Under the pieces are notes generated by a model. It was not told the DNA's origin and made no database searches. It saw nothing but the letters and a program-made list of their open reading frames with translations. Shown in pieces: positions 50,538 through 63,546 of a stretch of DNA of 64,000 nucleotides. The translations under genes were made by a program, and so were the position numbers. Source of the DNA: Octopus bimaculoides (taxonomy: Eukaryota); the NCBI RefSeq assembly GCF_001194135.2, contig NC_068990.1:64455454-64519453 (forward strand), written 5' to 3'. The stretch's first letter is position 1; each line of letters begins with the position of its first letter.

Positions 50538-51382
50538 CACAAAGAGGTATCCAAAAGTAACTAGAAACATTCTCTGTGGGACAAGCCCATTGTAGTTTGC
50601 ACTTCCACTGCTAGAAGCCCCTTTATGCAACCCTCAGGCTTCAGTCTGCCGACCAGTGGCATCGGGTGAAGTCATACTGCTACGTGGTGCATCATCGTTT
50701 TGCAGTGCTTCTTCCCAGTTCATCAATTTTCGAGACAGCTGAAATGAAGGAACAGCGTGCTTCTGTGGAATTCTGTTTTCTGCTGGAGAAAATGGAGACC
50801 GAAATAGTTGTCAGGCTTCAAACAGATTACAAGGACACTGCCATGAACGAAACACAAATTTGTGAGTGGTTTTCACTTGTTGCTTGAAGACCAACCATGT
50901 TCAGGGTCACCAGTGACCTCCTGAATGAATGAAAACATCATGAAAATTCATGAACTGATCTTGGAGGACTGAACAATTAACAAACTTGTTGATATGATTG
51001 GTGTGTCCTGGAGCTCCTGCCAATGAATTTTGAGTGAGGAATTGTGAATGAAAATAGTTGCAGCAAAATTTGTGCCTTGCTTGTTCATAGAAGATCAAAA
51101 TCAGTCACGATTGAATGCACTTTCGAAGATCATCACTGGTGATGAAAGCTGGTGCTATGGAATTTGCAGATGTGGAAGAGGTGAAGGAAAAAAACGATGG
51201 TGGCATTAAAAGGCATCACTTCTCAAAATCTTGAGCACTGCTTCAAACAGTGGAAAATGCATCTGGGCCGAAGCATTGCTTCAAATAGAGAATACTTTGA
51301 AGGCAATAAAAATGTAAACATGTAAAACTAAGTGAATAAAATAACATTGCAAAATACCAGTTTCTTTCGGGTACCCTCTCTT
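50538..51382 (+). mobile_element. Internally deleted mariner
   Basis: MKEQRASVEFCFLLEKMETEIVVRLQTDYKDTAMNETQICEWF is similar to the mariner HTH (MEQRA.IKFCF.LGK...ET..ML..AY...AM...Q..EWF); also IITGDESWCYG; degenerate TIRs. Confidence 0.75.
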
Positions 51383-51742
51383 ATATATATTCACACACAC
51401 ACACTGCTTCCTTTTTCAGCTGTCCACTTATGTTTGTTGGTATTTCAGAGCTTCCATTAGTTCCCTCTGTTAGGTCATCTGCCTAATTGTCAGTCTGTCT
51501 GTCCTTCTGGCCATTACTTGCTTCATCAGTATGCTAGTTAATCTGTCTGAACATCTGTCTGTTTGCCTATCTATCTTCAGTTCATCTACTTGTCTATCTT
51601 CAGTCCATCTGTCCATTTGCCTGTTTATTCATTAAACCATTATTTCTCCTCCACTTATATCACTTGTTTGTCTGATAGCATCTCTTTTCCTCCTAATGCA
51701 CATCTACTGTTCAATTTGTTATTTACTTTAACCTATCTCCAA

Positions 51743-51837
51743 GTATTGTGGAGAAGAATCCAAAAAAATTCAAAATCACTGATGAGGAATTGCGAGAGAG
51801 AAGAGGCTTCATAGAGAAGACGAAGCAGGTGGTGAGG
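51743..51837 (+). CDS. STX6: Syntaxin 6 coding exon 3, 95 nt
   Basis: GT ATT GTG... encodes (G)IVEKNPKKFKITDEELRERRGFIEKTKQVVR, similar to human [31 protein letters not shown]. Donor GTAAGT at 51838. The start at 51743 is required to keep frame with exon 2 ending at 27320. Confidence 0.93.
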
Positions 51838-52830
51838 GTAAGTATCTTATTTGCCTTTCCTTATTCTATTGTCTGCTTCATTTGGTTTCTAACTTACTTT
51901 TTTTACTATCTCTTTTTTCTCTTGCTTTTCCTTGTCACATTTATCCAGTCTCTTCTCTGTTTGTTATAATTACACTTCATTGCACTACAGTCTGGTGAAT
52001 GACCTTTCATTGATCTCGCTTGTGCAGATGATAATGATGATGATATTTATATATATGCATGTGTGTATGCAAATATATTTTATATATGTGTGTTTGTGTC
52101 TGTTTGTATATGCACATATATATATATTTATAAATGTCTATATATGCAAATACACACACAGAGAAACACATAAATATGTACACCCATATGTATCCTTTAC
52201 CAGTAAGTTTTGGTTGAGGTCACAGATAAAGTGGCAATGTGGACTTACTTGAAGCATAACAGTTCTTGTTTTATAATCATGTTTGTCCCAGTATGTGCAC
52301 ACATGCACACACACACATGCATATACATGTAGACATATATAAATAAACCATATTCACCCCAAAAACTCGATAATAAACTGCCACTTTTATTTTCAAAATT
52401 CTTCTGGGGCTGCAATTAATATGTTGATGTTATATATATATATATATAATGATTTGTTTTTGATAAGATGAGTCTCTGGTTTGCATATGGAATTATCCCA
52501 TAAAAAAACATGGCTGTATGGTTAAGAATCCACTCTGTTGGCATGTGGTGTCAGGTTTGATTCTACTGCATGTCACCTTAAGCTAGTATCTTCTAGCATA
52601 GCTTTGACTTGATCAATGCTCTGTGAATGGAATTTGGAAGAGAGAAACTGCAAAAAGAGCTACAATGTATATGTATATTTATGTATGCATATATCGTTTG
52701 CTGATCACCTGTATATACGTGTGTATGTAAAAATATTTTAAGTATTTGCTTTTACTAAGTTAGTCATTACCTTGACACTCTTGCTGGCAGTTAACTAATA
52801 AATGACCAATAATAATAATAATAATAATAA

Positions 52831-53110
52831 ATGCCCAGATGCAGTACCAGGCAGAAGAAGAAGTGGACACCAAAGAAAATGAGAAATTTTAAGACTTAAC
52901 AAGAGAGATGAAGAGACTGTGTAAATCAAAAGTGACAGTCATTTTTGTGGAACTTGGGTACAACCCCCTAAGAGGCTCAAAGATATTAGAATTGAGACAC
53001 ATGTTGTCAACCTGCAGCGATGTGTCATCCTGTATTCTGCAAGAATCTTAAGAAAGGCTTTTGAGATTGGAAGAGACTTCTTGTTACCAAAAACTGAAGA
53101 TTATATTAAA
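52831..53110 (+). mobile_element. R4/Dong-like (restriction-like endonuclease) LINE 3' fragment next to (AAT)n
   Basis: KENEKF*DLTREMKRLCKSKVTVIFVELG, then after a frameshift KRLKDIRIETHVVNLQRCVILYSARILRKAFE; similar to R4-clade KE.EK..KY.DL..E..RLW...V.V...V.GALG...LQK..LL.SARILRRVL. Confidence 0.7.
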
Positions 53111-56100
53111 ATGCTAATGATTCCTGTAGTGTAAAAAATCTGTCATGTTGTGGGACGGGGATGGTAAAAGTGTGTGTGTGTGTGATAGAGACAGAGAGAG
53201 AGATTCAAGTGAATGCTGCTGGCTTATGCACACGTACACACATATGAATGCTATTTGCATACACACATTAATTAGCAGTGTATGTTCATATGCCATTAGT
53301 GTTTGTGTGAGTGTGTATGCTCATACTTGTAGTGTTTGTTAGACTTTTTTCTTTTACTATGTATCTGAGGATTTAATGCACAAATTTTAGAGTAGGGCAT
53401 TGTTGGGAAGATTAAATATCTGTCTATCTATTCTATTATCTATATAGTAATGACCATGTTCTGAACTTTCTTTGTGAAATGTATTACTGCATGTCCATGG
53501 ATTCAGTTTTTCCAACAATCTATTACTAATAACTGTATTCTGAAATTTCTTCCTAAATTGTGTAAGATGTGATGTCTTAGATATGGAATTTTTCCAACTA
53601 TCTTCATATTAATAACTGTGTTCCTAACTTCTTTGTAATGAACATGTTACAGTATGTCTTCAATACGAGTGTTACCAATTATATGGTATCAAGTATTTCT
53701 TAAGTTATTGCATTAAAGAAATGGAGTTTGGTGTATTACAGTGGAAAGTGATCATAGAGCATGGCAGCAAGAATAGAATAGATAGATGCAGAGAAGGTAC
53801 AGTGTAAAATTGAGGTAACAGCAAAGGAGGAGAAATAAGAATATGGAATAAAGAGAGGAAGATCAAGAACAATGAGGAACATTAACTCAGGGGGAAAGGA
53901 ATGCAATCAATGCTAGAAATGGAGCTAAGTGTCATCATATGACAAACAATGAAGCTGAAGCAAATAGGACAAAAAAGAAAATTGTTAATCAAGAAAGAAG
54001 GTGAAATATGAACGATGGTAAGAAGCAGAGATATTTTGCACAAGCAGAATGAGGAAAACAGGTTAGAAGAGAAAACAGGATTGAAGTGAAAAGAGATTTT
54101 TTTTAGAAATTAATCAAAAGATGAATGAAATGACAGGATATTATTGTTGAATGGGGTGAATTTTATGGCTGACACCGTAAAGTGACTAGCAAAACGATAA
54201 CATAGGAGGAAGAAGACTTTTAGTCTTTCCAAGGACATGACAACCACTGTGGTGGTATCATAAGAAAACCTGGCCAGTTTATACTGCAAAGAGGTTGGAT
54301 TTAGGAAGATCATCAAGCTATAGAAACCATACCAAAACTTGGGATGTATGAATGAGACCTGGTTCTCTGACTCATCTACGAGGGCAATGTCTTTAAATAA
54401 GAATTGATTTGGACTGAGACAGTCCATCCAAATCATGCTGACATCAAAAATGTGTGTAAAAATGACAATAATAATAATCCTTTCTACTATAGGCACAAGG
54501 GGGGAGGGGACTAGTCGATTACATCGACACTGGTGTTTCACTGGTACTTAATTTATCCACCCCCAAAAGGATCGAAGGCAAAGTCAACTTTGGTGGAATT
54601 TGAACTCAGAATGTAGTGACAGGTGAAATACCACTAAGCATTTCGTCCAGAGTACTAACGATTTATTTGAAACAATACATATAACCATCATTATCAATAT
54701 CAAGAGACAGCATTTGGTTATGTGTGAAATTATACAATGTATGTATGGATATCTATTTACACAAAGTACACCTGCATAGTTGTGTATGTATAGGACAGTG
54801 AATTGGAGATTTGATACAGTGTAGGACAAAATGTTTTGCACTAATTGTTCTAGCTCTGTGCAATCTAAATTCAAATCTTGCCAAGATCACCTTTACCTTT
54901 CATCCTTTCAGGGTTGAAAAAAAATGTAAATCCAGGCCAGTGGTTTGGCAGGAATTCTAGAGCATCAGATGAGATGTTTTGCAGTATTTACAACAACTTG
55001 CATATTGAGTTCTTCACTGATAAACTCAATTTGTTTTTCACTTTAACACCCCTCACTAAAGACACTTAAGGATGCCTTTATTTGAGTTCCCTCTGTTGTA
55101 AATACGCAAACCTGGTTACCAATTTGAGAACATCCTTCTTACCTCTTACTAGTCTCAGTGGCCCTGGAAATGGTCATGGGCATTGTGTAGTAAAATGAAA
55201 ATGTTTTATTGATGTAGCTATTCATGTTTGTGGGTTTGAGGCAAAGCTAAGAATTATTTTCCAGTGATATTGTGTTAAGGATGTAGTGCACATTTTGTCA
55301 CTCCCCACTTCAGCCATACTCAAGTTGTCCTATGGACAAAAATATTGAATCTACCTATGAACATGCCATCTTTTTTTTCAGGTGTTGTGTACTCCACACA
55401 ATATTATCCAGTGTGCCCTTTCTTTTAAGATATTAGGATGAAGATTAAGGGAAAGTTAACTGCTTTTCCTAGCATATCAAACAGTTCATCATGGCTCCCT
55501 TCAGCAATGGCAAAATTTGCTTTACAATAAATATAGTATTGGTGCTGATGTACATGGGATATAATGATGTTTAAAGTTTATATCTGTGTCTGTTATGTCA
55601 CTGTTTGTATCTTGTCAGTTCTGTTGATGTAAAACAGAGTATGTTACTCTATTGTCTTTGTTCCAGCTCTAATGGCAGTATGTTTTTGTAGAATGGGAAT
55701 GTAATACAGAACTGGTCCCTGTTACTGTTTTAATTTACTTGACATTTTATTTGTTATTGTGTTATTTCAATTGTTGTTTATGGTAGCTAACTTTATAAAA
55801 CTGCCTTGTTGTTTTATGCATATGACAATAAATTTTAATGTTCTTTCTTGTCTTTGATGTTCCTTCTGTTACGATTATGGTGCAGTGTAGATGTGGGATA
55901 GAGATGTCTGTTGGCATAGCAACAGATGTGTATTACCTTGATGGTGATGACGACAATTATGTAAAACACAGTAAAATTAAATATTTTTTTCTAAGACACA
56001 ATGTCTGTATTGGGATTTGAAACACAAATTAAAATATTGATTGTTATGTAATGCTGAAAGCACTACATAACAATGTACACCTGTTGTTATTAGTGGAAAT

Positions 56101-58207
56101 AGTGGTTGTGATGTCAGTGGGAATTTAGATTACGTTCTTGAAAATGTAATGTTGCTATTATTCATCTTGCTCATTATCATCACCACTTAACGTCCACTTT
56201 CTTTGTGGCATGGACTGGATGTGTCACTTTTTATTTAGAGTTACTTCCTTGCTAAGTAGATTAGAGGGCTACATTTTGCTCCCATTTAATTTCTGGTTTG
56301 GTTGAAATGTAAATGCACTACTATGGTGGTGGCAGTGGCAGAAATGTTGTTAGTGTTATTGGTCAGAGACAGTGTATCTCCAATTGCATAGGGAAACCCA
56401 CCCAGATTGGTATGATATTGTTTATACAATTAATGTTCAACTTCAACTCCTGCAGACTGATGACTGCAAAGAAAGATTCGGTCATGCACAAGCCCAAAGA
56501 GGAAACCTCTATGTGAATGTAGGTCACACTAGAAATTTCCTTCAGATCATACCATACTGTCTTAAATAAGAAAAGGACACATTAGGCAATGTGGTCCTAT
56601 ATACACATAAAAAACTCATGATGATTACAGCTGGAATATCTATGGTCATTGATCAATTCTCTCCAGTTTGACGAAAGGCTAAACAACCACTTATGCAAGT
56701 AGTGGTTTTTAGAGGGATACACTTTTTGGAAATCATCCACTTTGTCTCAAATCAGTCAAAAATGGAATATGTTTGTTGCTAGGAATAATTAGCATAGAAT
56801 TCATTTAGTCTCAACCAGTTATTTGCCTATGTTGATTTTAAGATAATACAGATTATTGGGTTGTGGGTACAAACCTAGCTATGCATAAATTTTGCCAGTC
56901 ATCATTCTAGATCTGATGGTGGCTTTCTTCAGTGGTTGAATATAATATCTTTGTAGTATAAAGAGATCGTTAGTAATCTGGATAAAATGCTTTACAGCAT
57001 TTCATCTGTCTTTATGTTCTGAGTTCAAATTATGCAGAGGTCAACATTGCCTTTCATCCTTTCAGGGTCAATAGAATAAATACCAGTTGCACACTCGGGT
57101 CAATTTAATCTACTTGGCCCCTCCCCACAAACTGCTGGCTTTGTGCCAAAATTTGAAACAAATATCAAGAGAACATTACAGAAAAGTTGGAAAATAAATA
57201 AAAGTAAAAAAAAAATGTAAATTAAAGTCTAAAAAGAGTAACAAAATTCACTTTATTATTGATGTTTTCATTTTTTTTTTGTTCAGTATATTTTAAAGTG
57301 TGATGTTGGTTGTCATTGAGTTAGGCCCCATGGTGGTGAAGTTACCGAAATAACAAAATAATGGGCTTAATGCTTTCATTTCATAAATTTAATCTCCATG
57401 TTTTTGATCAACTTAGCTTTTCACATTTCCTAGTTTCAATAAAATACATATCAGCCATCTGCTAGGCTTCATGCAATTGGGACTACAAATTTGTAGTTCT
57501 AACCTGACATATAGTGATACAAATTTACAACTAATAGACACAGCATTTTAAATTTTTTTTCATTTTGTTACTGTTTAGTTTTGGTTAGTGTCAGATATTT
57601 CTCTTGATATTGTTTAACTACAAGTGAGCCCTGACTGAGCAAAGGGCCTACCTATAACTATAATTGAAGGTATTCCAAGGATGGCCGTCTTGTCTTTTAT
57701 TCAGAGATAGTCTATAACGTTTTAGGACTGCATTAGCCAATACGTTGTTGTATGCGATTAAAATTGCATGAAGATAATCGGCTGTTATTTCTTGCCTGTC
57801 AACAGACCATGTAGAGGACTTTGTTCAGTATATGTATATTTATGTATAAAGAATTGAATCTGAATGTCTGGAGGCAATCTGATTCAATTCTTTAATGGTA
57901 TGTCACTTTTGAAGAATTCTTAATTCTTGAGATAATCTCCCCTTTTCATTTGGAGGTCTCCTAATTGCCACTGAGCAATTGTTCTGTCTTCTGTGGTAAT
58001 AGAGATAATTACAATATATCAACAATTTATCTTTTACAGTATTTAATTTTCCATTACTCATCATTGTTATTCAAAACATGTAATTAGACACTGAGTTATT
58101 CCTGTTAGCTCATTTTCATACAAAATAAAGTCTGTTATATTTTATAAATTAATGTTTTAGATGTAATTTGTCCTAATCAAAATAAAAGCAAAATTATTTT
58201 CTTGCAG

Positions 58208-58270
58208 GAAATTAAAGATCATATGGCCAGCCCGGCTACAAAGTCAAAAGAACAAGCAAAAGTTAGACAA
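58208..58270 (+). CDS. STX6: Syntaxin 6 coding exon 4, 63 nt
   Basis: cttgcAG|GAA...CAA|GTAAGT; encodes EIKDHMASPATKSKEQAKVRQ, similar to human [21 protein letters not shown] (21 aa, phase 0-0). Confidence 0.92.
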
Positions 58271-59720
58271 GTAAGTCTTACAATAGACCATTTTTTCCAG
58301 AAGGACTGATAGGAGGCAGGGAGATATAATGGCTAGTTTTGTGAGACTTGCAAAGTCAGTTTTTGTCTTTTGAATTGATGGAACAAAACTTGGTTCACTG
58401 AATAAGCTCTCAAATCCTGTCCCACCATTGCATGTAGCATAATTACTGCAACATATTCTACTCTGTTTTTCTAATTCTTGATTCTATCCAATTCTAACTA
58501 ATTTTACTTTGTTTACCCTTCTTGTCTGTCAGCTTCTCTCTCTCTTCCCCACTTGCATCTAGATTCCAAAACCAAATTGTTATCCAGTCCTTCATTGTTA
58601 ATGTACTCTACTCATATTTTTGTTTTAAATCTTACCATTAACCATCAGTAACTAAACTCATGTTGTTTAATTCTTTTTGTTTATTGCAGTAAAGCTGATG
58701 TAAATCGAATCTCCTCTAAGATATAATGTTAGTCTAGCCTAGATATCTTTTCTAAGCTGCTCTTATATATATCCTCCAGAAATAAGTGATAGGAAGTACA
58801 TAGAAATAAGAGATAAATAAATGAATGCCCGAAGACACAAAGAAATGTCTTCTGCAGATATGAATCTATGAACCATGTGATGGTTGTTCAGTGCAAAGTG
58901 GAAAATAGATCAGATGTTCTATTTATAGAATAGAATTGATTGTACTATAAATGGCCTTTTGATTGAAGTACATGTCATTTTCAGTAATCACCGAACTATT
59001 CAACTCATATTTTTTTGAAAGTATTTAAAAATTTTTAAATATATATTTTAAAAGGTCACAAGATATCCTTCATAGAAGATAAATGACCAAGATGACACAG
59101 GAAGATGATGTAAGGTCAAACATTGTGAACTTGATAGATGAGTTGATTGCAGGAAGAGCATTAGGTGCTATACTGCAAACATATGTCACCAGAGAAAATA
59201 GATTTTAATCAATAATATTGATAGTTGTTTTTGTTTTCTTTTCATCAGTTATGGATCTTTAATTGTTTTCATCTGCTTTATCCTCCTTCACACCCTATTT
59301 GATTCAATCACTGAATCATTTCTACTTTCTGTCCATTTTTTTAAATCACATTTATGAATGTTTTTAAATGTTTGTCTTTTGTTTTGCAAGATTCCTGATG
59401 TGAAATCATGTGTTTAAACAGATATTGTTATGTTTTGAGATTGTCATTTTTTTTCTTTCTTTCTTTTTTTTTTTCCATTAATCACATGCACTATATATCC
59501 GTTCTTCATTTTAGCTTTATTATATTGTTCTAATCTTAATGTCCTTTGTCTAAAATCTTTCCTCACATCCTGTGCCCTCTTCAGCAACTCCCCATCCCAT
59601 GTGTCTGTTCTGCTTAGTCCATTCTGGCTTCCAGAAAGCCAGAATGGATGAAACAGGAAACATTTCAATCAAAGGACACTAAAATAAGAGCAATAGTAAA
59701 GCTGAAGTGAAGAACAAGTA

Positions 59721-60994
59721 ACAGGTCATCCCATAAGTTCTGTCCGATTTTACCTTTTTTAAAATTGAATGAAATTTAATAGTATTTTAGAATGTCTTAT
59801 GGAATTAAAAATTATTTTTATGCATTTGTGTACATTTAAACTAATTAAATATTATTTTACAGAATAATAGTATTATAATTTCTTTGATTAAAACCGTTTC
59901 TAACATGGAAGTATCCAAAGAGCATTTAAGGCACATAATGCTNNNNNNNNNNCAAAGCGACTCAAAACATACACTCAGTTTCTGGGAAAGAATGCTTGAA
60001 TGAAAAAACTTGCAGAAGATGGTTTGCAAAATTCAGGAGTGGAGATTTCAGCCTTGAAGGTGAAGATCGAACAGGACGTCCAGTTGAGTTTGAGGATAAG
60101 TTCCTTGAGGCATTACTTGAAGAAAATCCTGCATTATCAGTTGAAGAATTGGCAATAAAGCTTAGTTCAAACCATACAACTGTTCATCGTCATCTTCAAC
60201 AACTTGGAAAGGTTCCTAAACCTGGAAAATGGGTGCCTCATGAATTGTCCGAAAGCAACCACAAATCCTAAGTTCACATCTGCTCTTCTCTCCATTCTCG
60301 CAAACTCATTTCACCCTTTTTGGATAGATTTGTGACTGGTGACGATAAATGGATCTTCTATCAAAATGTGAAATGTCATAAACTGTGGCTTGGTAAAAGG
60401 GAAAATGCTCAACCACCACAACTAAGAAGGGAACTTCATGGGAAAAAGGTTCTTCTCTTTATCTGGTAAGATTGTAAAGGAGTAATTTTCTTTGAATTGT
60501 TACCACCCAATGCAACAATCAATGCTCAAGTATACTGTCAGCAATTAGAGCATTTGAACCAAGCTTTGAAGAAAAAAAAGACCCGCTTTAGTGAATTGTA
60601 AAGGAGTGATGTTTCATCAGGACAATGTGTGACCCCACACTGCAAAGATCACATCATAGTAGATCAAAGAGCTTGGTTGGGAAAAAATATCTCATCCACC
60701 TTATTCTTCCGACCTTGCTCCATCAGACTACTATTTGTTTCGTAGTTTACAGAATCATTTAGGGGACATAACTTTCTCAAGCCAGGAGGGGGTTGAAACT
60801 GACATTTTAGAGTTCTTCACTTGGAAACCAAAAGAGTTTTACATTGATGGGATTAAAAAGCTTGTAAATAGATGGAAGGAAGTCATAGATAATCAGGGAA
60901 AGTACATTGATGATTAAATTTCAATTAAATATAAAACATTTGATCACTTGTTTTCTTTATTCAAAATTCGGACAGAACTTAAGGGATGACCTGA
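59721..60994 (+). mobile_element. Full-length mariner (DD34D), 1274 bp, transposase pseudogene
   Basis: TA|ACAGGTCATCCCATAAGTTCTGTCCGATTTT ... AAAATTCGGACAGAACTTAAGGGATGACCTGA|TA. ATG at 59905, stop at 60917. Motifs WVPHEL, VTGDDKW, HQDN and YSSDLAPSDY. Several in-frame stops and at least one frameshift. Confidence 0.95.
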
Positions 60995-62384
60995 TATATA
61001 GAGTGTGTGTGTGTTCTGAAAAAAAAAAAAAAATTAAGATAAAATTCCATCCTGAAATATAACAATAATGATTTTTAATGTTTTCTTTTTATCTGTCAGT
61101 GTTACTATTAGTTACCTCACAGTTGTCGTGTCTTTAAATAAGGAATAGCTTAGTATATAACAGTATTTGTTCATGGGAGGTTTTAAACACAGTGTCTTTT
61201 AGCTATCAAAACAACAGTTATTTTATGGTTTGCTGATTGTGTGTGGTGATGTTGTTTGTTATTTGTCTATAAGTATCTATTTTTTCTGTTTGAATAACTG
61301 AGTTATTTGGAGTTTGGTAACTCTACTGCATACACTGTACAGTACCCAATATTGAGCCTTTCAGACTTGATTAGCTACAATCTGATTCTCTATTTTAAGT
61401 TAGTATTGTAATGGTTGCTGATATAGACATAAGGTCAAAAATTTTGTTAGAGGAGTAAATCAATTAAATTGACCCCAAAAGAATGAAAGGCAGACTTGAC
61501 ATTGGCTGAATTTGAAGTCTACAAATACCACAAGACATTTTCTCCAACAACTTAATGATGCTGCTTATCTGTTGCCCTAATTTAATGTTATAATGATTGT
61601 AAAGAAAAGATCTTCAGTAACCAATCACATTTTCACTTGTTAAAAAAAATATTCTGCTAAATTTGTCTTTAAATAGAAAGGCACAATGCTTAAAAGATCT
61701 AAAAATTGATTGAGACAATAAATTTGTTTTTCACAGTTGTGTTTAGGAAGAGATATCAGACGATTAGAAAAATATATAACAGATCCTATGCATATATTCA
61801 AATTTAAAGCAATCTTAGAGAACAAAACAGAAGCAAAGCTAGTTAAAAAAACGTACATGGGAAATTTTAAAAAGAACATCAAAGTTTTGTTAATCAGAGA
61901 ATAAGATTAAATTTGTAATTTTTACTGTTTTTCAGTCATTAAACTGTGACCATGCTGAAACAGTACATTCAAGGGTCTGGTTGATGATATTAAGTTTAAT
62001 ATTTATCTCAGTATAGTGCTTATTTTATTGATTTCTATTCATATAATAGCTAAGTTACTTTTTTACATGAAGGGATGCAATTCAAAGATATATATGTTTT
62101 TACACACACGCACACACACACACACACAACAGGCTTCTAAGCAGTTTCTATCCTGCTGAATTCCACTCTTAAGACATTCATCAATATGAGGTTACAGTAG
62201 AAAACACTTGCTTAAGGTTTTGTACAAAGGGCTTAAACTCAGAACAATTTAAGTGTGCAGCTGTGGCTATTGAAATAAAGAACAAGAATTAAAATATAAA
62301 AAATTTCACTGCTTTAGCATATTCTTGAAATGCTAACTTCTTTAACTTTTGCTAGTGCAAAGCACGCACTCATGTGCACACACA

Positions 62385-62419
<35 letters not shown>

Positions 62420-63546
62420 TCATTTCTTAATGCTAGCAAAAATTATAGAATAAAATTAACTTTTCTCGAATATATACATTTGCTTCATTTTAGACAAAAT
62501 TCATTTTTTCTTTTTTTGCAAAGAGAATTTGGTCTGTTCTAAAACATTAAATCAACCTCAGGAGCACAACTTTCTGATACACCAATAGCACGTGGGTGGT
62601 GAAGTGTTTCAAAACCAACATGATGCATCAGAATGTCAGAGAATTAATACCATTAAATGATTCCCTAATTATTGAAAAAGTTTTTGTTCTCTGCTCATTG
62701 AATCTAATTATGATAATTGAAATACTCCGTTTGATAACTGCAAACCATCACCATCACTCTAGTGTTTCTGATGCTTTTTTTTCCTTTTGTTTCTTCTTAA
62801 CAAGTACATAATTGTTTCCTTTTTGTTGTCATGGGAATTGATCTGTTACTCTAAAGATCACTGTGTTTTACACTGAGCACTCTACTTCAACATTATATGG
62901 ATTCTTTGAATCTCAATTCCTTGTTTAATTTTGTCATCAAGTAATGGATTTTAAACCTGCTGTGTAAATTCTTAAATGGATTATGGTGAAATTAACTAGC
63001 ATTAAGCTTGCTTACACTTTATGCAAGTGACCGTTTTGTGAAGCCTTCTAAATGTTAATCACATGATCTTCTTGGCAAAGTAGCAGAAAATGTTCTTTCC
63101 ATGATTAACTGTTTTCAGACATCTGCCACCGTCTCTGCTGAGTTGTGATTTCTTCTAGAAGAAATTTAATGAAAATATTTAGTTAAATTAGACTTTAAAG
63201 ATAGTAAAGATGGTAGTGTAGTTGCTGAATTGAATTTGGTTGTTCACGTTGCAATATTAGTTTGTTTCACTGAAAATTTTTTGTGCTTGTGTTTTTCTTA
63301 CAGTGAAAAGTTTGAAGTCATTGTTATAGAACTGTTTGGTATGTTGGAGTTAAGACATGTCTCAATGTTTGTTTAGAAGAATTAATGTGTTGAGGTCCCT
63401 GGTTGATGATGTATGTCCTTGGAAAAAACTGTACATCTGTCCACATGAAACAACCTGCATAAATGCAAAACCTGAATAGAAAAGGTTAAGAAAAAGAAAA
63501 TTTGTATACTGAAAATATTAACAATTAAATCCAATTATTCTTTCAG

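Larger units (their letters stand above)
27321..51742 (+). other. STX6: U12-type (minor spliceosome) intron of STX6 with AT-AA termini, 24,422 nt including about 2.1 kb of N
   Basis: 5' site G|ATATCCTTTG matches the U12 consensus RTATCCTTT. Branch-site-like TACTTTAAC at 51724-51732 lies 10 nt upstream of the intron end. The only 3' end that keeps the STX6 frame with no inserted or deleted residues is ...ctccAA|GT. Confidence 0.88.

Noticed and set aside
51731-51732. AC as the 3' end of a canonical AT-AC intron
   Set aside because: It is part of the branch motif, and splicing there puts exon 3 out of frame.
62560-63320. Possible hAT transposase remnant (ERTFS-like motif on the minus strand)
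   Set aside because: A single short motif amid many stops is not enough to call.
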